64,000 nt of DNA from a virus (lineage: Duplodnaviria > Heunggongvirae > Uroviricota > Caudoviricetes), in IMG/VR virus record IMGVR_UViG_3300013121_000012, positions 85,427 to 149,426 of that record. One strand, 5' to 3'. This document shows, one piece after another, positions 1-7,501 of this stretch. The notes under the pieces were generated by a model, which was given only the letters and a program-made list of their open reading frames with translations, searched no databases and was not told the origin of the DNA. How positions within the stretch are numbered: position 1 is the first letter of the stretch; every line of letters starts with the position of its first letter. Both the position numbers and the translations under genes were made by a program.

Positions 1-54
1 GTAGTCGAATAGACTCTTAATCTATGGGTCTCGGTTCAAGTCCGAGCGGGCCGA
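1..54 (+). tRNA. tRNA-Lys(CTT), 5' end cut by window edge
   Basis: Anticodon arm ATAGA-ctCTTaa-TCTAT; T arm CTCGG-ttcaagt-CCGAG; discriminator A54 followed by CA. Confidence 0.85.
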
Positions 55-70
55 CAGCAATAATAAAAAT

Positions 71-142
71 TCCCCGGTCGTCTAACTGGTAGGACACTGG
101 ACTTTGATTTCAGCAGTTGAGGTTCGAATCCTCACTGGGGAG
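71..142 (+). tRNA. tRNA-Gln(TTG)
   Basis: Acceptor TCCCCGG/CTGGGGA; anticodon arm CTGGA-ctTTGat-TTCAG; T loop TTCGAAT. Confidence 0.92.
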
Positions 143-151
143 CATTAAAAT

Positions 152-230
152 ACCGCCGTAACCAGCGTAGCTACGAACTATGACTAAGGTAATTGGATGG
201 CAGATGCAGGTTCGATTCCTGTCGGCGGTG
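152..230 (+). tRNA. Atypical tRNA-Arg(ACG)-like RNA with no canonical D arm
   Basis: Acceptor ACCGCCG/CGGCGGT; T arm GCAGG-ttcgatt-CCTGT; anticodon arm CGTAG-ctACGaa-CTATG only 7 nt after the acceptor 5' strand. Confidence 0.6.
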
Positions 231-308
231 CAATCATCTCAACCCCAAGTTGAGAAGAGAGAAGAGAATCTGATCTCGCTTATAGATGACGGATTCTTTT
301 CATAATAT

Positions 309-394
309 GTTCCGTATAGTGTAATGGGGAGAAATCTAAGCATTGCAGTCTGTGAAACTGTAGGAGTCCGGTTCAAATCCGACTATGGAACCCA
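309..394 (+). tRNA. tRNA-His(GTG) with enlarged D loop
   Basis: G-1:C73 pair (G309:C391); anticodon arm GCAGT-ctGTGaa-ACTGT; CCA encoded at 392-394. Confidence 0.88.
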
Positions 395-403
395 AGCAAT
401 AAT

Positions 404-688
404 ATGTTCGAAGAAATCAAAAAGAGAATTGGTGCGAAAGTCAAAGCCGAAAGACTAATGGTGATGACAGAACTCGACGACCTCAAGAATCGCAAGAACT
501 GGAATGACGATGAAAAACAAAGAATCATTACTCGTCTCGAAGGATCTGACCGAAAAGAATTTGTCTCATACATCAATGCATTTGATCTCAATGAGCACGA
601 TAGAATAGTTAAAGAACACAACATTCGTATGAATACATACGGTGAAGTTCTCGCAACATTAAACGAAATGGAGAAAGAAACCGTTTAA
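404..688 (+). CDS. Hypothetical protein (helical)
   Basis: 94-aa ORF filling the gap between tRNA-His and tRNA-Cys. Confidence 0.7.
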   Translation: MFEEIKKRIGAKVKAERLMVMTELDDLKNRKNWNDDEKQRIITRLEGSDRKEFVSYINAFDLNEHDRIVKEHNIRMNTYGEVLATLNEMEKETV

Positions 689-733
689 GCCAAATGAAAT
701 TTCTAGTCAAGTAGAAAAGATACTAAGCATATA

Positions 734-820
734 GTCGGGTTGTCCGGATGGTTCCGGGGAGGGTCTGCAAAACCTTTTGAGTAATCCAGTAAGACGGTTC
801 AATTCCGCGCCCGAACTCCA
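734..820 (+). tRNA. tRNA-Cys(GCA) on a tRNA-Sec-like scaffold
   Basis: Anticodon arm AGGGT-ctGCAaa-ACCTT; U73 plus CCA (817-820); 6-bp D stem with TGGT loop; about 16-nt variable arm. Confidence 0.8.
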
Positions 821-879
821 AGAATAATAAATAAAAAGTAACGTTGACCATTTTCAAATTTTGAAAAATGATCTATAAT

Positions 880-963
880 GGAGAGTAAACCGATCAGGGC
901 ATCGGACTCGTTTGCTAAACGAAGGGACTGTAAAAGGTTGGGTTTCGACTACTCTGCTCTCCG
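880..963 (+). tRNA. tRNA-Ser(GCT)
   Basis: Acceptor GGAGAGT/GCTCTCC; G73; anticodon loop ttGCTaa; long variable arm; T loop TTCGACT. Confidence 0.88.
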
Positions 964-981
964 CATTTACAAGGAATATCT

Positions 982-1281
982 ATGTTCTTCAGTAAGATCA
1001 CAACGATCGTTGTCTCTAAAGCAAAAGCAATATCAGAAAAAAACAAAAACAAATCTGTTGAAGAAAATGTGGCGATACATAAAGAAGTAATTGCTGATAT
1101 ATTCAGACAGATAAAATCAAAAGCTAAAGCCGGCGAAAGATGCGTAACAATCTGTTTTAATGGTGGATTCCCTGAAAAATGGGATTCGCTAGAAGTGTAC
1201 TTTAGAAAACTTGGCTACAGAGCAGATTTCGACAACACGGATACAATGGAGCCAGCATATCTTCGAATATACTGGGATTAA
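982..1281 (+). CDS. Hypothetical protein
   Basis: 99-aa ORF, tightly packed with its neighbours. Confidence 0.65.
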   Translation: MFFSKITTIVVSKAKAISEKNKNKSVEENVAIHKEVIADIFRQIKSKAKAGERCVTICFNGGFPEKWDSLEVYFRKLGYRADFDNTDTMEPAYLRIYWD

Positions 1282-1282
1282 T

Positions 1283-1606
1283 ATGGACTTCTTCGTTAAT
1301 AAATATCTTTGGACACCAATCGTGTTCCTACAATATTTCTTTATCTCTTATCTATCAATCAAAGCATCCGAAACAAAATCAAATCACTTTCTCTTTGCTG
1401 TCTGGATTACAGGCATTCTTCCTACATGGACAATCATCGCATCGGCGTCAAAAAATATAGCTCTTCATGGTTATGTGTTTGATTTCATCCTCGCAGCAGG
1501 ATGGAGTTTAGGCATAATCATCTTTCAAGGAAAATCATTCGGAATCTTTCAATATCTCGGTATCGCCGCTATGGTGGCTGGATTAATGCTCTTTAAGAAA
1601 CAATGA
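1283..1606 (+). CDS. Small multi-pass membrane protein
   Basis: About four hydrophobic segments; start moved to ATG 1283 just after the upstream stop; ATGA coupling to the next gene. Confidence 0.7.
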   Translation: MDFFVNKYLWTPIVFLQYFFISYLSIKASETKSNHFLFAVWITGILPTWTIIASASKNIALHGYVFDFILAAGWSLGIIIFQGKSFGIFQYLGIAAMVAGLMLFKKQ

Positions 1607-2277
1607 CACGTAAAAATATCACAGACAAAATCTTTCTCCTTGAATTTGATACACGTAAAGAACTCACTAAAACGTTCATACGTCCACAGGAATACTACGA
1701 AAGTCCAGAATTCAAAGGCAAATACTTCACTCATCGCGAATTCATTAAATGGTACAGCGAAGGTGGAAAATTCACATATCATCAAGATTGGTGTGGATTC
1801 AATATCCCCGGAGAAATTCTAGATCCATTCAAGGATGGAAGATTCGGTAAACTATCAAAGCAAGAAGAGAAACTTCTAGAAACATTCAAAGATGATGTCG
1901 CTCCGTTCTACATAATTGGAATCGAGAAATCAAGAACACCAGAACAAATCGAACTTGACATCAAGCATGAATTGATGCACGCCCTGTATCATACGGATGT
2001 AGAATACAGAAAATTGGTCGACTTAACGCTTGATTCATATGGGTTGATTTATTTTAAAATGGATCGCGACTATACGGAAATCTATGATTTCCTTGAAGAA
2101 AGTGGTTACCATCATGATGTTCTTAAAGATGAATTACACGCTTATCTCGTGACATGTCACGAAGAGCTAGAAGAAGCAGGAATCAAAGTGCACACATATA
2201 ATGGCGTAATTCATTCATTAAACGAACTATACGAGGAGACAATCAAAAAGCATGCAAACATTTCTGCCGTATCCTGA
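1603..2277 (+). CDS. Hypothetical protein with HExxH (zincin-like) motif
   Basis: IKHELMHALY plus a second DELHAY motif. Confidence 0.6.
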   Translation: MTRKNITDKIFLLEFDTRKELTKTFIRPQEYYESPEFKGKYFTHREFIKWYSEGGKFTYHQDWCGFNIPGEILDPFKDGRFGKLSKQEEKLLETFKDDVAPFYIIGIEKSRTPEQIELDIKHELMHALYHTDVEYRKLVDLTLDSYGLIYFKMDRDYTEIYDFLEESGYHHDVLKDELHAYLVTCHEELEEAGIKVHTYNGVIHSLNELYEETIKKHANISAVS

Positions 2278-2716
2278 TTTCGAAAAGACTGCACGTATTC
2301 TAGACTACAAACGTCTAGGAAAAATGCGTGTGGAATCTCGTCAGATTATGACTGCACTGATTCATCTTAAGAATAACGATCTCTATAAGATCGATAAACG
2401 TGGTCGTAAAAGAAAGCGCGGTTGGTTGTTTCATACAGCTACTCAAATGTGGGTCGGTTACGAAGGAGCACTCGCTCTTTATTGTAACGCAATGATCCGC
2501 GAATGGAAGAGACGAGGTTACAACAATACGATGTATCTCTACAACGAAAGAGATTACAAAATCGAAATGCCAGAATTCCTTGGCAACAAAGAATTTCATC
2601 GTTCACATCAGTCAAATCTCGTGAGAAAGAATCCAGAATTCTACGGTGATATTTTCAAAACCGTCCCTGATAATCTACCATATATCTGGCCAATCAAAGG
2701 CAAAATACTGCAGTAA
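2252..2716 (+). CDS. Pyrimidine-dimer DNA glycosylase / endonuclease V-like protein (MSMEG_6728-type)
   Basis: N-terminus MQTFLPYPDF..TARILDYKRLGKMRVE; C-terminal HRSHQSNLVRK and PDNLPYIWP. Confidence 0.8.
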   Translation: MQTFLPYPDFEKTARILDYKRLGKMRVESRQIMTALIHLKNNDLYKIDKRGRKRKRGWLFHTATQMWVGYEGALALYCNAMIREWKRRGYNNTMYLYNERDYKIEMPEFLGNKEFHRSHQSNLVRKNPEFYGDIFKTVPDNLPYIWPIKGKILQ

Positions 2717-2731
2717 GTAAAAATATAGAGT

Positions 2732-3310
2732 ATGCTGAAAAGTATACTCTTTGTGTTTGCTTTGTATCTAGCGCCACAGACGACACCAGTAAAAGTCGTT
2801 GCTTTAGGTGATTCAATCACTCGATGCTTCAACGTAGATTGCTGGACTGATTACGTATCAAAAAATTCAAGGTACAAAGTCATCAATAAGGGGATTGGCG
2901 GAGAGACTCTCAAACAAATGAACAAGCGTTTGTCTCGAGATGTAATAGCTCATAAGCCTGAAATCGCTATCATTATGGGTGGAACAAATGATGTGTTCTA
3001 TAGAGACTATGATCCTATAGACAGCATGACAGAAATCCACGATATGGTTGCTAAACTAAAAGCAAACGGAATTCATCCGATCATTGGCATGCCGCTTCCA
3101 TTAACGAACAAAAGAATGGAAGAGAGGTTAGAGAAACTAAGAGTGTTAATCATTAAGGCTCGCTATCCGATCATCTATTTCGAATCTGATTTCAAAAACG
3201 AGAAGGATCTTAAGGCGCTTCTTCCGGATGGTGTTCATCCAAATAAGAAAGGAAAGATCATCATGGGGCAAAGAGCAATAGTTAACCTCAATTCTTTTTG
3301 GGGTGAATAA
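2732..3310 (+). CDS. SGNH/GDSL hydrolase with signal peptide
   Basis: Blocks GDSIT, NKGIGG, GGTND, DGVHPN; hydrophobic N-terminus. Confidence 0.9.
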   Translation: MLKSILFVFALYLAPQTTPVKVVALGDSITRCFNVDCWTDYVSKNSRYKVINKGIGGETLKQMNKRLSRDVIAHKPEIAIIMGGTNDVFYRDYDPIDSMTEIHDMVAKLKANGIHPIIGMPLPLTNKRMEERLEKLRVLIIKARYPIIYFESDFKNEKDLKALLPDGVHPNKKGKIIMGQRAIVNLNSFWGE

Positions 3311-3350
3311 TTTTTAACATACTTGCTAATCGCAATCGTAAGATAGAAAT

Positions 3351-3433
3351 AGAGCGTGAGTGAAACGGATACTTAAAAATCACACAAGTCTCATAAGCTT
3401 GACATACGGCTGGTTCGACTCCCCGACGCTCTA
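3351..3433 (+). tRNA. tRNA-Met/Ile2(CAT), non-initiator type, enlarged D loop
   Basis: Acceptor AGAGCGT/ACGCTCT; anticodon arm CAAGT-ctCATaa-GCTTG; T loop TTCGACT with bulged stem; no CCA. Confidence 0.8.
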
Positions 3434-3441
3434 ATGCAATA

Positions 3442-3855
3442 ATGCTTAATTTATCAAGATACAAAGAGCCAAAGCTCGTTACAATTACTCGACAAGATAT
3501 TTCTCCTGGCTACCAAGTAGTTCAGACAGCACACGCTGTCGCTGACTTCTGTACGAAAGCAGGATTTGTAGATGTAACGAACTGGATGAGAAAGTCAGGG
3601 TCAATCATTTCTCTGTCTGTAAAGAACGAGAAAGAACTACTTAAGTGGGTCAAAAAACTAAAGCGATCCGTAAGAGTCTATGAATTCAGAGAACCAGATG
3701 TTGGCAATCAGCTCACTGCAATCTGCTTCTATGCTCAAGAAAAAACACGAAAGAAAATCAAAAATCTTCCTCTAGCTCTAAAAGAGCTTTCACCAAAAAT
3801 TCCAGTTTCGCTGAAAGAATCAGCACTCAGAAATCTTATACCATTTATACGATAA
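3442..3855 (+). CDS. Peptidyl-tRNA hydrolase type 2 (Pth2)-like protein
   Basis: ITRQDISPGYQVVQTAHA, SLSVKNEKEL and FREPDVGNQLTAIC match the phage Pth2-like pattern. Confidence 0.78.
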   Translation: MLNLSRYKEPKLVTITRQDISPGYQVVQTAHAVADFCTKAGFVDVTNWMRKSGSIISLSVKNEKELLKWVKKLKRSVRVYEFREPDVGNQLTAICFYAQEKTRKKIKNLPLALKELSPKIPVSLKESALRNLIPFIR

Positions 3856-3887
3856 CTCTCTTGTTTGTTGTAAGAGTAAAATAAATC

Positions 3888-3955
3888 AGAGCGACGCTGT
3901 CGGAAAAGGTTCCTAGGCTAATCAAGCAATTCCTTTTCCCAGATAGCTCTTGCCA
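3888..3955 (+). ncRNA. Candidate structured RNA (long imperfect hairpin ending in GCCA)
   Basis: AGAGC/GCTCT outer stem; CTG/CAG; GGAAAAGG/CCTTTTCC inner stem; loop contains GCTAATCAAGCAAT. Confidence 0.45.
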
Positions 3956-3962
3956 TACTAAT

Positions 3963-4433
3963 ATGAGAATACCAGTAATAACATACACGATTCGCGATCT
4001 TCGTATCGAAGAAAGTAAACTCAAAGAATTCTTAGATCAAGAAGGAATCGTAAAGCATCTTCGCAGAGAAGCGATAACTCTTCTTTATCTAGCTAATGTC
4101 GCTTTCTTCGAAATTAGTGAAGACGAGTTTTTGATCATTAAATGCAGAGATATTGACCTCGCCGGAGTCAAAGTCAATAAGACGATAGCGAACGCACTTG
4201 CGCAACATTTTGCATACGTGATTCCAGGAACAACTCACACGATCTCTGCGAATTCTTTTATGGAATGCATCGACGCTCTTATTCTCGATATCAAATCTGA
4301 CAGAGAAAAACTACAACGAACATACAGCGATCCTGAATATGTTGAAAAGAAAGGTTACACTCGTTCTATCATGATTGCTGAAGAAGCAAAAGAACGATGG
4401 GCGAAAGAAATTAGAGATGGAGTTTTTGAGTGA
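3963..4433 (+). CDS. Hypothetical protein
   Basis: 156-aa ORF; GTGA coupling to the next gene. Confidence 0.7.
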   Translation: MRIPVITYTIRDLRIEESKLKEFLDQEGIVKHLRREAITLLYLANVAFFEISEDEFLIIKCRDIDLAGVKVNKTIANALAQHFAYVIPGTTHTISANSFMECIDALILDIKSDREKLQRTYSDPEYVEKKGYTRSIMIAEEAKERWAKEIRDGVFE

Positions 4434-5119
4434 AACCATATATCCATTGTCAGATCTCCGTCGCAAAATTCGGCGGCAAAGAAGAGGATTATCAAAAAAT
4501 CCACGATTGGTTTGATCAGACGAAAGCTCATGTTCCTGATCTTCGTCACAGAACAGTCCTTCATAACTCTTTCGGAATATTTCTATTAGAGCAAGTATTC
4601 GGAACGAACATCAAAAATTCGGACGGCAAGCTAGTTTCTGTCCGTGACCTTGGAGAGCAACATGTTCTCGACGATCTCGGTTTCATTCCAACACTTCAAG
4701 ATTGCTTGCTAAAGATGCCACTCTACGATTGGTTATATGGTAAGAAATCTGAATCGCATCAATTGACGAATAAAGACGCAACGAAAGAGAAGTTGCCACG
4801 TAATAATTCAACAATGGTTATGGACGGAGCACGTCAAGTTCTCGACAGAATTGAAAGAGAACGAGATGAAGAATTCCGTAAAATGTTTCCTATGGCTCAT
4901 GAAGCAATAACTGGAGAAAAGAGAGAATTAGCTCCAGGTGAATTGACTCAAGAAGAACTTGATGCACTTTTAATGGGAACAGAATCAAAAGAGCCACAAC
5001 AACTCGAATTTGATTTCTCTGAACCAGAGCCTGTAGAAGAACTATCCATGGATATTCTTCCTCATAGAGATCCAGATCTTGATGTGTATCTCGACGGAGC
5101 ACGATGGGACGATCCATGA
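4430..5119 (+). CDS. DUF6915-like protein with acidic C-terminal extension
   Basis: HCQISVAKFGG..DYQKIHDWFD, RHR..LHNSFGIF and GEQHVLDDLG pattern. Confidence 0.6.
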   Translation: MKPYIHCQISVAKFGGKEEDYQKIHDWFDQTKAHVPDLRHRTVLHNSFGIFLLEQVFGTNIKNSDGKLVSVRDLGEQHVLDDLGFIPTLQDCLLKMPLYDWLYGKKSESHQLTNKDATKEKLPRNNSTMVMDGARQVLDRIERERDEEFRKMFPMAHEAITGEKRELAPGELTQEELDALLMGTESKEPQQLEFDFSEPEPVEELSMDILPHRDPDLDVYLDGARWDDP

Positions 5120-5586
5120 AAAGTATATATGAAAGACTTAATCCTCTTGAAATCAGAGATCTTCTAGAAAAAGCATTCGCTGATGAGAACATAAGAGTAG
5201 ACAACGTAGAAGTGAACATTGAAATGACTCCGATAGCTACGGTCAAGAGAATTGCATTTGAGTGCAGAGTGAGTGAACAACATAATATGATACCAGTCAC
5301 AGGAAAAGAAATTATTGAGTCAGCAGCAAAAATGTTTCGCGAAGGAAGACAAAGAGAATTATATCCGTATCTGTTTGTGACTTCTATAGGTCCTGATGGA
5401 AAGATACAAAACGAAGAAATGGAAAAACGTTCATGGAGAGAAGACTTCGACCACGAGAATGGACGTTACATGAGTAAATGCTGCGTGTGCGACAATAATT
5501 TCATCGGTCATAAAAGAAGAGTAATATGCAAGCAATGCAAAAGCAAAACAACACATCCTTTTATACCAGTGGATCAAAGCACTTAG
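5116..5586 (+). CDS. Hypothetical protein with C-terminal Cys cluster
   Basis: ATGA coupling at 5116; CCVCD..CKQC zinc-ribbon-like motif. Confidence 0.65.
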   Translation: MKSIYERLNPLEIRDLLEKAFADENIRVDNVEVNIEMTPIATVKRIAFECRVSEQHNMIPVTGKEIIESAAKMFREGRQRELYPYLFVTSIGPDGKIQNEEMEKRSWREDFDHENGRYMSKCCVCDNNFIGHKRRVICKQCKSKTTHPFIPVDQST

Positions 5587-5804
5587 ATAAAGCCACGATG
5601 ATGGCTTACGGATTGTATAAGCAATTCAAAAGTCTCGGAATGGTTACTGCAATAAAAACTGCAACACGTCAAACAAATTATCATTGGCAATTCCGAGGAC
5701 TTCCTTATCGCCAGATTGAAAAACATCTACGGAAGTGCATCGAATTAAAAGAAGGAAATAATGATAGATTACAATCTGCTAGCTCACTCGGCCAAGTTTT
5801 ATGA
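5526..5804 (+). CDS. Hypothetical protein (start probably 5598)
   Basis: ORF fills the gap between neighbours; overlaps both. Confidence 0.45.
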   Translation: MQAMQKQNNTSFYTSGSKHLDKATMMAYGLYKQFKSLGMVTAIKTATRQTNYHWQFRGLPYRQIEKHLRKCIELKEGNNDRLQSASSLGQVL

Positions 5805-6303
5805 AGAACATGGATTCAACAGAATAGAATCTCCGTGGACTGTTTCGAAAGCAGTCGATGATATTACTCGGCCGAGTGATAAGATTCCGTTTCAATTGGT
5901 TCACAATCAAAAGTGCCTAGTTGGGTCAGGTGAGCAATCATTCTTGTATTTGTATCTTAAAGGATTCCTTCCAAAAGGTAAATACCAAACAATAACTCCA
6001 TGTTTTCGTTATGAACAGTTTGATGAAACTCATACAAAGTATTTCATGAAGAATGAACTGATTGATACCAAGAAAACAGAAAGAGAAGACTTAATGAGAA
6101 TGGTTGATATTGCATACAAATTTTTCTGTTCCGTTTCAGTTAAAACACCAACAGTCAAGCAGACAAAAGAAGGATTCGATATTGAAATTAATGAAAAGGA
6201 GGTTGGAAGTTATGGTATTCGTGAATGCGAATTCCTCAAGTGGATCTATGGAACTGGATGCGCTGAACCAAGAACTTCTACAATATTAAATGGGTTATCA
6301 TAA
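5761..6303 (+). CDS. Stand-alone class II aminoacyl-tRNA-synthetase-like catalytic core
   Basis: GFNRIESPW (motif 1-like); LVGSGEQSF; PCFRYE..H.KYFMKNEL (motif 2-like); GTGCAEPR (motif 3-like); only 180 aa. Confidence 0.65.
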   Translation: MIDYNLLAHSAKFYEEHGFNRIESPWTVSKAVDDITRPSDKIPFQLVHNQKCLVGSGEQSFLYLYLKGFLPKGKYQTITPCFRYEQFDETHTKYFMKNELIDTKKTEREDLMRMVDIAYKFFCSVSVKTPTVKQTKEGFDIEINEKEVGSYGIRECEFLKWIYGTGCAEPRTSTILNGLS

Positions 6304-6529
6304 AAGAGAGATTCCAAAAGGAGTCATCGGCGAATTCTCAAAAATTGAAGAGGAGTTTCTAGAAGCTAAAGATGCATTTGAGCAAGGAGATACCATCCTT
6401 CTTTTATGCGAGCTTACGGATCTTATCGGAGCAATTGAAGAAAAAGCTAAACATCACAACATGACTCTTCAAGATCTGATTGAATTTTCAAACAAAACAA
6501 AATCGGCGTTTAAAGACGGAACTCGATAG
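6290..6529 (+). CDS. MazG-like all-alpha NTP pyrophosphohydrolase-fold protein
   Basis: SKIEEEFLEAKDA..CELTDLIGAI (EExxE...ExxD pattern). Confidence 0.55.
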   Translation: MGYHKREIPKGVIGEFSKIEEEFLEAKDAFEQGDTILLLCELTDLIGAIEEKAKHHNMTLQDLIEFSNKTKSAFKDGTR

Positions 6530-6537
6530 AATATAAT
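6509..6537 (+). promoter_or_regulatory. Sigma70-type promoter for tRNA-Val
   Basis: TTTAAA-17 nt-TATAAT ending 8 nt before the tRNA. Confidence 0.55.
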
Positions 6538-6545
6538 ATAACATC

Positions 6546-6616
6546 GCTCGCTTAGTTTAATGGTAGAATTTACCTTTTACATGGGCAAGACGGGGGTTCG
6601 ATTCCCTCAGCGAGCA
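6546..6616 (+). tRNA. tRNA-Val(TAC)
   Basis: Acceptor GCTCGCT/AGCGAGC; A73; anticodon loop ttTACat; T loop TTCGATT. Confidence 0.9.
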
Positions 6617-6634
6617 CAATTTTGGAGAAAAATA

Positions 6635-6799
6635 ATGTTTAATTGGATTTGGATACATTTATCAAAAAATCTAAAAAAGAAAATTATGAATCAGGTTGTT
6701 TTTGATTTGACGAACAATCGTATTTGGATTGACAGCGTTGAAGAATATGGAGATAGCATCACCGTTAAAACACTCCTTAAAAGAATTCGTTGTATTTAA
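6635..6799 (+). CDS. Small hypothetical protein
   Basis: GGAG upstream of ATG 6635; the longer track ORF overlaps tRNA-Val. Confidence 0.55.
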   Translation: MFNWIWIHLSKNLKKKIMNQVVFDLTNNRIWIDSVEEYGDSITVKTLLKRIRCI

Positions 6800-6809
6800 C
6801 AAATAACCA

Positions 6810-6838
6810 TTTACAGAATTCTTAATTAGCAGTAAAAT
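6810..6838 (+). promoter_or_regulatory. Sigma70-type promoter upstream of the HNH gene
   Basis: TTTACA-17 nt-TAAAAT. Confidence 0.65.
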
Positions 6839-6866
6839 AGATCATCTTCAAAGAGTACAATAAGAT

Positions 6867-7427
6867 GTGCGTAGAACAAGACAGATTGAAATCGGAACAA
6901 AAGTCAACTTATATACTGTCATTTCTTACGATGAAAAATTAAGAAAATACATTTTAAGATGCGAGTGCGGATCAGAATCCAAAGTAAATTGCACTTACAT
7001 CAAGCAATCATTCACAAATAAAAACATACTTCTTGGTTGCAAAAATTGCACGAAGAATACAAAAAGAAAGCATCTTTGGTTAGATGATTTTGAAAGCGCA
7101 AAACGAAAAGTTTATTTGCGGTACAAATCTAAGGCCGAAGAAAGAGAATACTGTTTTGAATTAAACGAAAACGAATTCTTCAAAATAATACAAGAAAACT
7201 GTGTCTATTGTGGTCAAGAACCCAATATGGAATTGAAAGATTCCGGGAGAAACAGTTTTGATGGATTCAAATTCAATGGAGTTGATCGAACAGATAACTC
7301 TGTTGGATATGTTCTAGAAAATTCAGTTCCTTGTTGTAAGATTTGCAATATGGCAAAATCGACTCTAACAAAAACAGAATTTTTCGAATGGGTAAAAAGA
7401 GTTGTCAAACATAACAATCTTCTTTAA
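6867..7427 (+). mobile_element. Free-standing HNH-type (homing) endonuclease gene
   Basis: CVYCG..NGVDRTDNSVGYVLENSVPCCKICNMAK; N-terminal CECG; own promoter. Confidence 0.8.
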
Positions 7428-7454
7428 CAGACCATAAAATATAGTATAGGTCGT

Positions 7455-7491
7455 GAGCATCCCGAAAGCTCTCAAAAAAATTAGAAAGGAG
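7455..7491 (+). promoter_or_regulatory. Candidate NAD+-II-like (NMN/NAD+) translational riboswitch
   Basis: Stem GAGC/GCTC with loop ATCCCGAAA; A7 tract; then AAAGGAG Shine-Dalgarno whose GGA can pair with loop TCC; directly 5' of NAMPT. Confidence 0.5.
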
Positions 7492-7501
7492 TATATCCGA
7501 T

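Noticed and set aside
844-879. TTGACC...TATAAT promoter with a 17-bp palindrome (851-867) before tRNA-Ser
   Set aside because: The spacer is 24 nt and TATAAT abuts the tRNA, so it is not a valid sigma70 geometry; the palindrome alone is weak evidence in AT-rich DNA.
373-1090. Track ORFs 373-624(-) and 878-1090(+), and the N-terminal part of 6560-6799
   Set aside because: They overlap well-formed tRNA genes or are antisense to a better ORF.
3901-3940. SRP (4.5S) RNA interpretation of the hairpin, from TAGG...AAGCA
   Set aside because: No GNRA-capped stem between the two strands and the element is too short.
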